Positions 1-9,427 of a DNA stretch of 32,000 nt are shown here, one piece after another; positions within the stretch are counted from its first letter, which is position 1; each line of letters begins with the position of its first letter. Position numbers and translations under genes: made by a program. The notes beneath the pieces are model-generated. The model was not told the origin of the DNA and made no database searches. It was given only the letters and a program-made list of their open reading frames with translations. The stretch is taken from the NCBI RefSeq assembly GCF_000010625.1, contig NC_010296.1, positions 1,710,001-1,742,000 of the forward strand, read 5' to 3'. This stretch comes from Microcystis aeruginosa NIES-843 (lineage in GTDB: Bacteria > Cyanobacteriota > Cyanobacteriia > Cyanobacteriales > Microcystaceae).

Positions 1-666
1 AAACGTTACAAACGCTTTTTTGCCGACATACAACTGGACAACGGAGAATTAATTACGGCCCATTGCGCTAATACCGGACCGATGACGGATGTATGCGTAG
101 AGGGTCAACCGGTTTATCTTTCCCGTAGTGATAACCCGAAGCGAAAATTAGCTTATACCTGGGAGATGATTCAACTGGGGGAGACTTGGGTGGGAGTTAA
201 TACCAATCTTCCTAATCAGGTGGTGAAAAATGCCCTGTTGCAAGGAGTTTTTCCCGATTTGGTCAAAAATGAAACCGAGGTGCGATCGGAAGTGGCCTAC
301 GGTCAAAATAATGGCAGTAGAATTGATTTTCTTTTGACCCATGGGGATAATTCCCTCACCTATATCGAGGTCAAAAATACCACTTGGAATCAGGGAGAAA
401 CGGCACTTTTTCCCGATACTGTCACCACGCGAGGACAGAAGCATTTACAGGAATTAATGGCTTTATTGCCGGCAGCGGAGGCGATTATGCTCTACTTTAT
501 TAATCGGGGTGATTGTTACCGATTTGCTCCGGGGGATAGTAAGGATACTAAATACGGGCAGTTATTGCGTCAAGCAGTGGCTAAAGGAGTCAAAGTTTTA
601 CCCTGTCGCTTCCAAGTGACACCCACGGGAATTTATTATTTAGGTTTAGCAGAATTGCAGCTGTGA
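1..666 (+). CDS. sfsA: Sugar fermentation stimulation protein A (SfsA nuclease family), 5' end outside the window
   Basis: Frame 1 is open from base 1 (KRYKRFFADIQLDNGELITAHCANTGPM...) and runs into the listed ORF 82..666. The RYKRF-ADV N-terminal signature and overall sequence are typical of SfsA. Confidence 0.85.
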   Translation, partial: KRYKRFFADIQLDNGELITAHCANTGPMTDVCVEGQPVYLSRSDNPKRKLAYTWEMIQLGETWVGVNTNLPNQVVKNALLQGVFPDLVKNETEVRSEVAYGQNNGSRIDFLLTHGDNSLTYIEVKNTTWNQGETALFPDTVTTRGQKHLQELMALLPAAEAIMLYFINRGDCYRFAPGDSKDTKYGQLLRQAVAKGVKVLPCRFQVTPTGIYYLGLAELQL

Positions 667-885
667 AACGAGTAGTTTATACCAAATTTCTAAATCCATG
701 ACAGACATCCACGCTCGAATGCTTGCCAAGCCTGTATTCGTTGTGACGCGAATAAAGAAAAATGGTATTAGATCGGCCGGCTTTTGACAAAATCCCCCAG
801 ACCGCAACTGACCTTGAAAAGCTTAGAGACACAGTTACCTGTGCCTCTAATGGGGATTTTGTCGATACATATTTGAGGTAATTTG

Positions 886-1539
886 TCAAGGTTTTTGATA
901 ACTAATTCCGTGGCGCATTTTCTCTAATTTCTGTTGCACCTGAGCATCGAGAGAATGGAATAAAAAACGCCCTTTGGGACTTTGAGAAGAACTCTGGGAT
1001 TTTCTCAGACGACGACCGGTTAAATCCACCTCGATTTCCAGACGTTGAGCGGAAATCCACTGGGCCCCATAACCCATAACGGTCATTTTTTGGGCATTAT
1101 CAGAAGTAGCGACGATAATGCGTCCGATAGCTGGGGCGCGATCGTGCCAAAAATCGGCACAGGTTTTCTCGATATAGGTGTCGGCGGTTTGAGCGTGAGC
1201 GGTAAAATAAACCGATAAATGGTTAGTGTAGCGTTCTTGGCTGCCGGGGGTGTCTTGAAGGTAGGAATCGAAGACGATTTGGGTTTGATAACCCTGATGG
1301 TGGGTGTAACCGATTAGGGTTTCAATTAACTTGTCTCGCGCCGGTTCGAGACCGTGGCGATCGCTGATTTTTTTCAGGGACGGCCAAGCGCCGATGACGT
1401 TGTAGCCGTCAACCAGCAGAAGGGAACGATCAGAAGAATTAAGCATGGCTTTGAGAGTAATTCGTGTGGCATTAAGGGCAGTTCTAAAAAACAGCATCTT
1501 AATGATATTAACAAAAAATTTAGGATTCTCCCGCCGCAC
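886..1539 (-). CDS. NYN-domain YacP/Rae1-like ribonuclease
   Basis: LLLVDGYNVIGAWPSLKK motif and the IIVATSD acidic motif of YacP-like NYN domains. The true start is probably an internal Met (1497 or 1446), because the longest ORF overlaps the upstream ABC ATPase stop at 1520. Confidence 0.7.
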   Translation of the reverse strand: MRRENPKFFVNIIKMLFFRTALNATRITLKAMLNSSDRSLLLVDGYNVIGAWPSLKKISDRHGLEPARDKLIETLIGYTHHQGYQTQIVFDSYLQDTPGSQERYTNHLSVYFTAHAQTADTYIEKTCADFWHDRAPAIGRIIVATSDNAQKMTVMGYGAQWISAQRLEIEVDLTGRRLRKSQSSSQSPKGRFLFHSLDAQVQQKLEKMRHGISYQKP

Positions 1540-2188
1540 TGGCCAATAATCTCGCTTTTAAGTCTAGGGGATTTCCCCGATCCGTTACCTTGCCCCCCTC
1601 TAATAAAAATGCTCCATCGCTGTAATCCAATTCCTCCAGGCGATGCGTCACCCAAAGGGCCGTAATCCCCCGGTTTTTGACCAATTTCTGCACTTGAGAG
1701 ACTAATTCTAGCTGGGTATCACCATCCAAAAGGGCGGTGGGTTCATCAAAGAGCAAAACCTCGCAATGACGAGCTAAAGCCCCCGCAATGGCGATTCTTT
1801 GCTTTTGTCCGCCACTGAGAGCATAGATCGGTCGTTTTTCCATTTCTAATAAATTCACCGCCCCTAGGGATTCCCGCACCCGCGCCCGAATTGCCGGCGT
1901 GGATAAACCCTCGGATACCAACCCAAAAGCCACATCTGCCCCCACTGTTGGCATCACTAACTGATGGTCGGGATTTTGAAAAACAAAACCGAGGGGGTTA
2001 GGTATCTCTATTTCCCCGCGACTAGGTTTTAATAATCCCGCTAAGAGCCGCAGCAGGGTTGATTTACCGCTGCCATTTGTCCCCAACAACATCCAAAATT
2101 CTCCTCTGGGAACTTGCAAAGAGCAGCCATTTAATACTGATTTCCCATTCGGCCAGCTAAAGCAGAGGTCTGTTACTTTTATAGTCAT
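1520..2188 (-). CDS. ABC transporter ATP-binding protein, ECF/CbiO-like
   Basis: Walker A GTNGSGKST, ABC signature LSGGQKQR, Walker B LLFDEPTALLD. Confidence 0.85.
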   Translation of the reverse strand: MTIKVTDLCFSWPNGKSVLNGCSLQVPRGEFWMLLGTNGSGKSTLLRLLAGLLKPSRGEIEIPNPLGFVFQNPDHQLVMPTVGADVAFGLVSEGLSTPAIRARVRESLGAVNLLEMEKRPIYALSGGQKQRIAIAGALARHCEVLLFDEPTALLDGDTQLELVSQVQKLVKNRGITALWVTHRLEELDYSDGAFLLEGGKVTDRGNPLDLKARLLASAAGES

Positions 2189-2191
2189 GAA

Positions 2192-2221
2192 TTATCAGTT
2201 ATCAGTTATCAGTTATCAGTT
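2192..2221. repeat. TTATCAG heptamer tandem array (reverse complement of CTGATAA), about 4 units, abutting the ATG at 2188
   Basis: Direct reading: attatcagttatcagttatcagttatcagtt immediately after the minus-strand start codon (cat at 2186-2188). Confidence 0.9.
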
Positions 2222-2616
2222 AAATAGTTGGACAAAAGTAAAGTTAACTGTGGGGTAAGGAGTCAGGAGTCAGTAGCCGGTCGTCAGTAGGAATTGCGGC
2301 AATTTACATTTCTTAAGATAGACAACAGAATTTATGTCCGACTACTTATCAGTTATCAGCTTCTGACGGCAAGAGGCTCCCAGAAAGAATCTGGCAATTC
2401 TCCTGCCTAAAAAGAAGGTTAGAAACTAAGTGCATCAAAGCTTTTAGCTTAACCAATTGGGTTTTAGATTCGGCCCTTGTTATCAGTTTTTTAGCTGTCA
2501 GCCTTTTCAGTTATCAGATTTGAGTTTTGAGTTTTGAGTAGAAAGTGTTATGTAGGCGCTTGCCGTTTTCTTGTCACTGATTACTGATTACTGCTCACTG
2601 ATAACTGATTAAAGAA

Positions 2617-2886
2617 CTATTCTGTGGCTAAAGCGACAAACCCCGGCGCTCTACCGGTGGAGGCAGCCCCGGATTTTTGTGAAACAATCACCGCACTGAT
2701 CTGATCGCTCAAAACCGCCACCTTTTTATCGGTTTGTTTTTCGCAGGTTAATTCTAATAATTCGGGATTAGGCGATCGCATAGCGTTAATAATTGTTTGA
2801 TACAAAGCGTCTGCTGCTGCTTCTTCCTTGCGCTGCACGGAAATGGGGATGGGCGAGAGTTTCAGGGTAATATCGATCGAATACAT
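2617..2886 (-). CDS. Conserved-looking small hypothetical protein (89 aa)
   Basis: Clean ORF with host-like composition, flanked on both sides by heptamer repeats. No family recognised. Confidence 0.5.
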   Translation of the reverse strand: MYSIDITLKLSPIPISVQRKEEAAADALYQTIINAMRSPNPELLELTCEKQTDKKVAVLSDQISAVIVSQKSGAASTGRAPGFVALATE

Positions 2887-3125
2887 GGTTTAGCGTTCCC
2901 TTCCAAAAAACAAGTCAAAAACCATTGTATAGCAGGGGTTGAGAAGTCAGTGATCAGTTATCAGTGATCAGATGTGAGTTTTCAGTTCACTGATTGCTGT
3001 TCACTATCACCGATTAACTCTCGGCAGTTGGTGTGCAGAGGCGTTGTTAGCTGGAAATCACTTGTTTGAATGAATGAGCATGGTGCGTTCCCCAAAAATC
3101 TATCGGTGCAGCAGTAGGAGCCAGA

Positions 3126-4989
3126 TTAGGGAACGCACCCTGCATCGATAGCGATCGCGCTATGGAGCGCAGCGGAATTGCCGTCCGGTGCAGCGCATTG
3201 TTGGGAGTCCATAAGTCTTTTGATCAGAGCATTACTCATGAGAATTGCTTTTTTGTGATCATTTTGTGCAATACTAATTACTTCTTCAGCATCTTCATCA
3301 CTGATCATTTCAAATTGTTTCTGGCTTGGACATAAGCTATCGTTCAAATCCCTTGGTTCAAACTTGTCTAATTCATCACCATAACTTCGTTTATTGATTT
3401 TTATTATTTCCTGTCCAATATCACTCAGCAAATACACAAACAATTTATTAATAAATTGTTGTCCTAATTTATTTGGGGTTTGCTGAAAAAGTTTGTTGGT
3501 GGGGTTAGGAGTCAGTAGCCGGTCGTCAGTAGCCGGTCGTCGGGAGTTTCAGGCTTTGTTGCCCTCTCTTTTTTGTACCAACTGATGTACTAAATTAAGG
3601 ATAATGCAAGGTTTTTGATGGTCCCAATCCGATTTTCGCAGCATGAACATCGGATTTTAACAGGTCAAAAGCCTTATTTTAAAAGGGTTTTACCATTATT
3701 CAGCAAACCCTATTTGGATAAAAGGAATGAAAGCAGGTAAAATTTATTGCTGTTGTGAAATTGCGTATTACTTTTAACCTGCCCCTGCTAAAGACACCGA
3801 ATAAAATTGGAGCTGGTTTTCTATTTTCAATTTTGTACCAGGTCTTCCTTGTTTTTGTAAGATACCTCCCATGATATCCCAATTTTTCGCCTTCTTTTAT
3901 GTAATTTCGTATTTCAGAGTTGTCGTGGTCTTTTACATCTAAACAATGGACTGGCTTATCCTCATTGTATAGTATATTAAAATCATGCTCAGTAAATACT
4001 AATTTGCGGATTTGAGAGCTTTTTGTAATACACTTACAAATATTGTTATCACTCAACTTCCGTTGCTCAATTTTTGATTTTTTTAACGCAAAAAATTCAT
4101 TTGCGCCAGTAGCAATACCTCTCGTAAACGTACCGTATAGGGACAACTTACAGAAGCCATTTGGAGATACTTGTTCAGTGAACAATGATGAAATAATAGG
4201 TGTCCACTTTTGGTTGTATGGTAAATTCGATGGTTCGATTTCCCACTGATAGAATTTACTAATATCAGATATTTTATCTATTTCATCACTTTTTTTGATC
4301 TGTAAAATTTTAATGGTTTCTTTTTTTCCGTCATTTTTACAAAGAAGCACACAAACAGTTGTCGTTGCCTCTGGGAAAATTTCTTTTTCATTGTCAAAGA
4401 TTATTATTTGCTTCAATAAATGATTTTCAAGGAGACTTTTTTTGATTTCTTTTCCGTAGCCAGTATTAAAAAATTCAAAAGGCATAATATACGCCAAGTT
4501 ACCATTGATTTTAAGTTCTCTTAAAGACTTGACAAGGAATAGGGAAGAGATATTAGAGTAACCGATAAGTTTCTTCCCTATTTTTTCTTCAATTTTTGGT
4601 AATATATCATGACGCTTAAGAAATTTCTGAAATCGCATATATGGTGGATTACAAATGATACCGTCAAATTTTTCAGTTTCAGCTTCGAGGTAATCACTAT
4701 TGATAACTCTCAAATAAGGACTGTCACCATTACGATTGAGAAACTCAAATATATTTCTATCAATCTCATATCCAATGAAATGTACTTGATTACCTGAAGG
4801 TGTTTTTATTGCTTCATCATAAAAAACGCCTAAGCCAAACGCTGGGTCTAATACTGTTTCTGGATTATCTTTCAAAACCCACTGTACCATGAGGCGAGCA
4901 ACGCACACAGGTGTAAAAAACTGACCGTAATCCTTCCTATGATTCAGTGGAGTTTCAGCTATATATTTTAACTCACGCATTAATAACAT
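3126..4989 (-). pseudogene. Gamma-class N6-adenine DNA methyltransferase (TaqI/Eco57I-like), split by a MITE insertion
   Basis: The N-terminal part (3700..4989) has GQFFTP, the DPAFGLGVF SAM-binding motif and the catalytic CNPPYMRF motif. It ends YPN-RVC-stop, where RVC-stop is read from MITE sequence. The 105-aa ORF 3126..3443 continues the same protein once the MITE and one TSD copy are removed. Confidence 0.85.
3475..3710. mobile_element. MITE family B copy (~235 bp) with terminal inverted repeats GGGTTTGCTGAA / TTCAGCAAACCC and TATTTG target-site duplication
   Basis: TIRs were read directly. TATTTG is present at 3470-3475 and 3711-3716 (boundary ambiguous by 1 nt). A near-identical copy lies at 17575..17801. 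Confidence 0.85.
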
Positions 4990-5177
4990 CCCAAGGTAAT
5001 TAAAATATCAATATCACTATCTGAACGGAAATCTTCCCGTAAAACTGAACCAAATAATGCCAATTCGGTGACTTGCCACTTTTGACAAAATGCTTTAATT
5101 TGTTCCATTGGTAGTTCTATTTTTGTGTTCATCGGATTAGTTTTACTCCCAAGCTTTCTAGTTGTTGGTTTATCCAA
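4980..5177 (-). pseudogene. Truncated MNT-type nucleotidyltransferase (antitoxin of HepT/MNT modules). The C-terminal half and the HepT partner are missing.
   Basis: [20 protein letters not shown] is the GS-X9-DxD nucleotidyltransferase motif. The ORF stops about 10 residues after DxD and overlaps the methyltransferase ATG at 4989. The likely real start is the Met at 5132. Confidence 0.65.
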
Positions 5178-5289
5178 GCGGTTGCCGTTTCTTCGTCGGT
5201 TTCTATTGCTTTTTCTACTCCTATTTTAGCAATTTCTAAGAGTTGACTTAAAAGGGAGATTGATGATTTTAATGAGTCAGAATCAGTGA

Positions 5290-5415
5290 GAATTAGCCGT
5301 TTATGATGCTGAGGATGCGTTTTTAAGGGTCAATCGTCTAGGGTTGTCCTTATTTCGGTTTTGGGGTGATGAGATTCATGAGCGTTTAATGGAGAATTTG
5401 AATAAATTTTTATGA
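5290..5415 (+). pseudogene. C-terminal remnant of a DUF559/Vsr-like endonuclease domain
   Basis: My translation gives ELAVYDAEDAFLRVNRLGLSLFRFWGDEIHERLMENLNKFL-stop, which resembles the G-x-V-LRFWN-x-E-V tail of DUF559 proteins. There is an in-frame stop immediately upstream and no start codon. Confidence 0.35.
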
Positions 5416-6120
5416 TGAGGTATCGTCATTGTTATCAGTTTTTTTACTTCGTAAATCTACCCATAGATGTCTTAAATTAAATGGACTAGGTGGCACATCA
5501 GGACGTTCTAGTTGATGGTCAAGACGACTCACATCATTTTGCCATCCTTCCGGCGATAAAGTTAAATCTATAATGGTTAGTTGTGAACAATGCTCATTAA
5601 CTTCATTTAAAATTTCTCTTAATTCCATATTTTGAATATAACCAATCATTGCTCCCGAACTGACGGATTTTCCATAACCCCATTCAACTAATATAAATCT
5701 GTTAATCCCATTTAGAATATAATTTTTGTTAAGTATCCATTGAGAACTTGATGGAGAACCAAGTCTTTTAGCCTCTAAAGTGTAAAATTTATCCATTCTT
5801 TCAGGATTTGTTTCGTTAGTATCACAGATTCCCCATTGAAAATCAGGTCGTTTATATTCTCGTTTAGCTCGAATGCTATCATCAGCATCAGGTTGATTAT
5901 TGGCTTCATACATACAAGGCCATTCTATTCCTTGATTAGAAATAGTTAATTGTTGGTTGGCATAACGGACAAAAAAGCATAGTTTTCGATTAAGTTCATC
6001 TTCACTTTGGGGTAATTCTTGGTTCTTTTGAAGCATTTCTAAAGCAAGCCTAAAAATAGCTAAAACTCTCTTTTCATGATTACCCCATATATCTTTTTTT
6101 AATAAACTTGGTTTTGTCAT
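5410..6120 (-). CDS. Putative PD-ExK restriction endonuclease (237 aa from Met 6120)
   Basis: KRPDFQWG ... FYTLEAKRLG gives PD-X19-ExK spacing. The ATG at 6120 lies 4 nt after the stop of the 1100-aa methyltransferase and is preceded by AAGGA. The longer ORF to 6222 would overlap the upstream gene by 98 nt. Confidence 0.6.
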   Translation of the reverse strand: MTKPSLLKKDIWGNHEKRVLAIFRLALEMLQKNQELPQSEDELNRKLCFFVRYANQQLTISNQGIEWPCMYEANNQPDADDSIRAKREYKRPDFQWGICDTNETNPERMDKFYTLEAKRLGSPSSSQWILNKNYILNGINRFILVEWGYGKSVSSGAMIGYIQNMELREILNEVNEHCSQLTIIDLTLSPEGWQNDVSRLDHQLERPDVPPSPFNLRHLWVDLRSKKTDNNDDTSS

Positions 6121-6124
6121 AAGT

Positions 6125-9100
6125 TTAGATCCTTTCTTGAGATTCTTGTAAGTTAATAATTTGAAGCATTGTTGCCTCCGCATCCTCACGCGCCATGCTA
6201 CGAGTCCAGAATCTTCGTTCATTACGCTTAATAATAATGATTTCTGTATCAGAAACCGAACGAACTAAACCATCAAGATAAATTTGATGGCTATTATAGG
6301 GAACTAATAAACCGTTTTCTTGTCTTGCTAATTGATCAATAATTTCTATCCATTGTTTTTGCTCTGATTGGGAGACAGGTTGAGGTTTTTCTCCATACTC
6401 TTGTGTAGAGAAAATAACGGCTAACATAGGATTTTCTAACCCCTGAAATTGAGGACGAATAATCTGCCAACTGAATTCACCATCAGGTTCTAATTCTCGA
6501 TTCCAAATATCTAAAAAGGCTTGTAAATAACCTTCTAATCCTTTTTGAGTTTGACGGTTTTTATTAATATCGTTGAGAAGTCCTTGATTTTGTTGAGGAT
6601 AGCTTTCAACAGGTTTTACTGCTTTACTGTTGATATGATTATAGTAAAACTCTATCCCTACATCACACATATCACGAATGAGATCCCGTTCAGCAATGGT
6701 GAGATCATAGACATCAAATATTGCCTCATCTAATTGATATTCTAATTCAGTGAGTTGTGCTTCTATTTTTTCTGGAGTTTTTCCTTCAGGATGTTCAATA
6801 CTATACTTTATAGGATTACAATTCTGTAATTGCTCAACAATATCGATAACTTTTTCCCGAATACCTTGATCCTTTGGAAAAATAATCGGCAAACTTAAAT
6901 ATTGAGTCGTATAGACTTCATCGTGCCAGATTCCCCAGTTACTTGAAGTTAAAAAGAAATAGTATCGAGGTAAAGAAGACCAAAGAATCCCTAAAATAAC
7001 TTTATATTTCCACGTTTCTGGTTCGATTAATTTAATAGAATTAATCGAGTTTTTAACAGAAAATTTCTCGGATTCAAACCGGGCAATAATTTCTCCTTGT
7101 TTATTTAATCTTTGACTAATACCACGCTTGATTAATAGACGTTCTCCATTATATAGAGCGAGTTGTCTAGGGCGCGCTGCTTGTTTAGGTGCTTGTTCAA
7201 ACCAAGAAGGAGAAATTAAACCATATCTTTCAAATTTATCTGTGGGAAGTAATCTCGGTAACTGGCAATCTTTTTGATCCTTTTTCCCTTCTGAAAATCC
7301 TTGACCACTATTCCTAGAGTCATGTAATTCTTTTAAAGTTTGCGATAATTGTATCCCTTTAATTAAACCAGCATCTTGATGATTTCCCCAATAATAAATT
7401 TTCCATAAAGAATCATTATAAAATAGTTCACTTTGTCTGATACCACGACGATCCATAACACTCAAAATAACAGCTTGCACATTTTTAATCATAGCTGTTT
7501 TTTTAGCAGACCAATAAGTGACAACTTGATCTTTTAAGGTTAACTCTGTCTGATTGACTTTCTGAAAAATAATTGAAGCAAAAGGAGAAATTGAGGCACT
7601 AGATTGGTTTTTATTACCAGATTTAAAGAAAATATCACGAACATGAGCAAAATTGACAACTTCTTTTAATAAGACACTGTTTAACCATTTTTGTCTAAAT
7701 TCTTTGCTTTTATCATGGGTCTTAAAGAAAATACCTGTTGATACCACTAATGCTGACCATCCATTATCTTTTAAAAAATCAAATACTCTCCAGATAAACG
7801 CTTGAGAACGTTCTTTATCTCCGACTGGATAATCACGTTCTTGACACCATTGTAAAGCGATATTTAAGTCTTTTGTGCCTTTTTTATCCTTCGTTTTAGG
7901 AGATCCCCAAGGAGGATTACCGACAACAACATCAGCACATTGACTGCTAAAATTTCTAGATAATATCACATCCTCTGAGTTAGAAAATTCTTGAAAAGCA
8001 TTATCGCAGACTAAATTATTAAAGTGATTATCCTCAGATAACCCATTCGCTTGATAAATTAAAAAGGGTAATTTTTCACCTCGTTTAATTTGTAATAAAA
8101 TGTCTGGAGGCTCTTGATAATTTAATAAAGCAAGATATAGACTAAATGCAGTAATTCTGATAGCTTCTGAATTAATTTCTATGCCAGCTATCTGATTTTT
8201 TAAGATTTCTCTTAACTCTTGCCAACTTAATCGCTGTCGCTGATTTTGATAGACTCGATGTCTCACAATTCTCCGAAATGCTTCCACTAAAAAGATTCCT
8301 GAACCACAACAAGGATCAAGAATACGGGGATGAGTTGTCAAACAATCTGACGTTAAAACTTTAGACAAGACAAATTCTACTAATGAACTCGGTGTATAAT
8401 GCGTCCCATTATCAATATTTTCTGTATTTGACTCATGATAAAATTCTTCATAAATACTACTAATTAAAGAAATAGGAATTATATCAAATTTATAAGCCCA
8501 GAAAAATAATTTTTTTTGTGGATCAATATCTCCCTGTAAAAATTCTTGTAAGAGAGATAAATGCCGTTGCTCAACAGATTCCGCTTCTTGTTCATCAGAA
8601 GGGAACATATCTCCGTTAAAATCTTGACTCAACCGATTAAATAAAGCATAGGTAAAACTTTTATCACTTAATATTTTGATATAATGTTGTTTAGCTTCAG
8701 TTTCCATATTTAACTGATCGTCAGGAGCATTAAGTAAGGCTTTCCATGTTGCATTGTTTTGTGCTATTGCTTCAAAATACTCTTGAGTTAAAATTCCTCT
8801 ATCTTCCAAATAGCGAATAAAAATTGATCTACCAATTAAAGCATGAGCATATTTACGTTTATTTTCGCTTAATCCTTCACGGATTAAGGCTAAACGAACT
8901 GTTTTTAAATCTTTGATCAGTGATTGATCAGCACGTTGATTAGATGTTTCAAAACGCTCATCCTCAAAAAGCTTCCCTGATTCGATTTGTTCCCGTCTGT
9001 ATTGATAAAGTTTTGAAGTTACTTCAAGTATGTTTTGGGCAACTTCTAACGGTCTATTATTTTTCTTCCAATCTTCTATACTTCTAGCAGGTGGTTTGGT

Positions 9101-9427
9101 TAGATCGTAAATAGCTAGTTCACCTTCTTTCGCTAAAAATAGGTAACTTGGTCTAGCCATACACCATATTTTATTAAAGATTTGACGTACTTTTTCATCT
9201 TCTTGAGTATCACATTTAGCAAAAATAATCACAGGATTATTATTAATAAAAAAAACTTTTTCTGCTTCAACTTGCTGGGCTAATTCTAACCAATCTCCTT
9301 TTTCTATCCACTCTTCTAAAGTTATTTCTGACAATGACGCTTTTGAACTCACTAAGTCGCCTTGACTAAAATCGAGTTTATTATAAGCATATTCTAACAA
9401 TTCATAAGCAGAATTAGCTGTCATCAT
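6125..9427 (-). CDS. Large Eco57I/MmeI-like N6-adenine DNA methyltransferase with an N-terminal helical region and a C-terminal target-recognition region (1100 aa)
   Basis: HYTPSSLV, ILDPCCGSGIFLVEAF (SAM motif I) and VVGNPPWGSP (motif IV). The ALIGRSIFIRYLEDRGIL helix is typical of Type IIG/PglX-like enzymes. About 550 aa follow the catalytic motif. Confidence 0.8.
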   Translation of the reverse strand: MMTANSAYELLEYAYNKLDFSQGDLVSSKASLSEITLEEWIEKGDWLELAQQVEAEKVFFINNNPVIIFAKCDTQEDEKVRQIFNKIWCMARPSYLFLAKEGELAIYDLTKPPARSIEDWKKNNRPLEVAQNILEVTSKLYQYRREQIESGKLFEDERFETSNQRADQSLIKDLKTVRLALIREGLSENKRKYAHALIGRSIFIRYLEDRGILTQEYFEAIAQNNATWKALLNAPDDQLNMETEAKQHYIKILSDKSFTYALFNRLSQDFNGDMFPSDEQEAESVEQRHLSLLQEFLQGDIDPQKKLFFWAYKFDIIPISLISSIYEEFYHESNTENIDNGTHYTPSSLVEFVLSKVLTSDCLTTHPRILDPCCGSGIFLVEAFRRIVRHRVYQNQRQRLSWQELREILKNQIAGIEINSEAIRITAFSLYLALLNYQEPPDILLQIKRGEKLPFLIYQANGLSEDNHFNNLVCDNAFQEFSNSEDVILSRNFSSQCADVVVGNPPWGSPKTKDKKGTKDLNIALQWCQERDYPVGDKERSQAFIWRVFDFLKDNGWSALVVSTGIFFKTHDKSKEFRQKWLNSVLLKEVVNFAHVRDIFFKSGNKNQSSASISPFASIIFQKVNQTELTLKDQVVTYWSAKKTAMIKNVQAVILSVMDRRGIRQSELFYNDSLWKIYYWGNHQDAGLIKGIQLSQTLKELHDSRNSGQGFSEGKKDQKDCQLPRLLPTDKFERYGLISPSWFEQAPKQAARPRQLALYNGERLLIKRGISQRLNKQGEIIARFESEKFSVKNSINSIKLIEPETWKYKVILGILWSSLPRYYFFLTSSNWGIWHDEVYTTQYLSLPIIFPKDQGIREKVIDIVEQLQNCNPIKYSIEHPEGKTPEKIEAQLTELEYQLDEAIFDVYDLTIAERDLIRDMCDVGIEFYYNHINSKAVKPVESYPQQNQGLLNDINKNRQTQKGLEGYLQAFLDIWNRELEPDGEFSWQIIRPQFQGLENPMLAVIFSTQEYGEKPQPVSQSEQKQWIEIIDQLARQENGLLVPYNSHQIYLDGLVRSVSDTEIIIIKRNERRFWTRSMAREDAEATMLQIINLQESQERI

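Noticed and set aside
677-889. 70-aa minus-strand ORF between sfsA and the NYN-domain gene
   Set aside because: No recognisable motifs and an odd composition. It sits in a short intergenic gap and is probably non-coding, but that is not proven.
6121-6222. Longer start for the PD-ExK gene (270-aa version), overlapping the 1100-aa gene by 98 nt
   Set aside because: The internal ATG at 6120 follows the upstream stop by 4 nt and has an AAGGA Shine-Dalgarno-like sequence. The extension is read from the other gene's coding sequence.
6125-9427. Possibility that the 1100-aa methyltransferase is BREX PglX
   Set aside because: The domain layout is similar, but no PglZ, BrxC/PglY, BrxA/B or BrxL genes are present nearby. 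The adjacent gene is a small PD-ExK protein, which fits an RM pair better.
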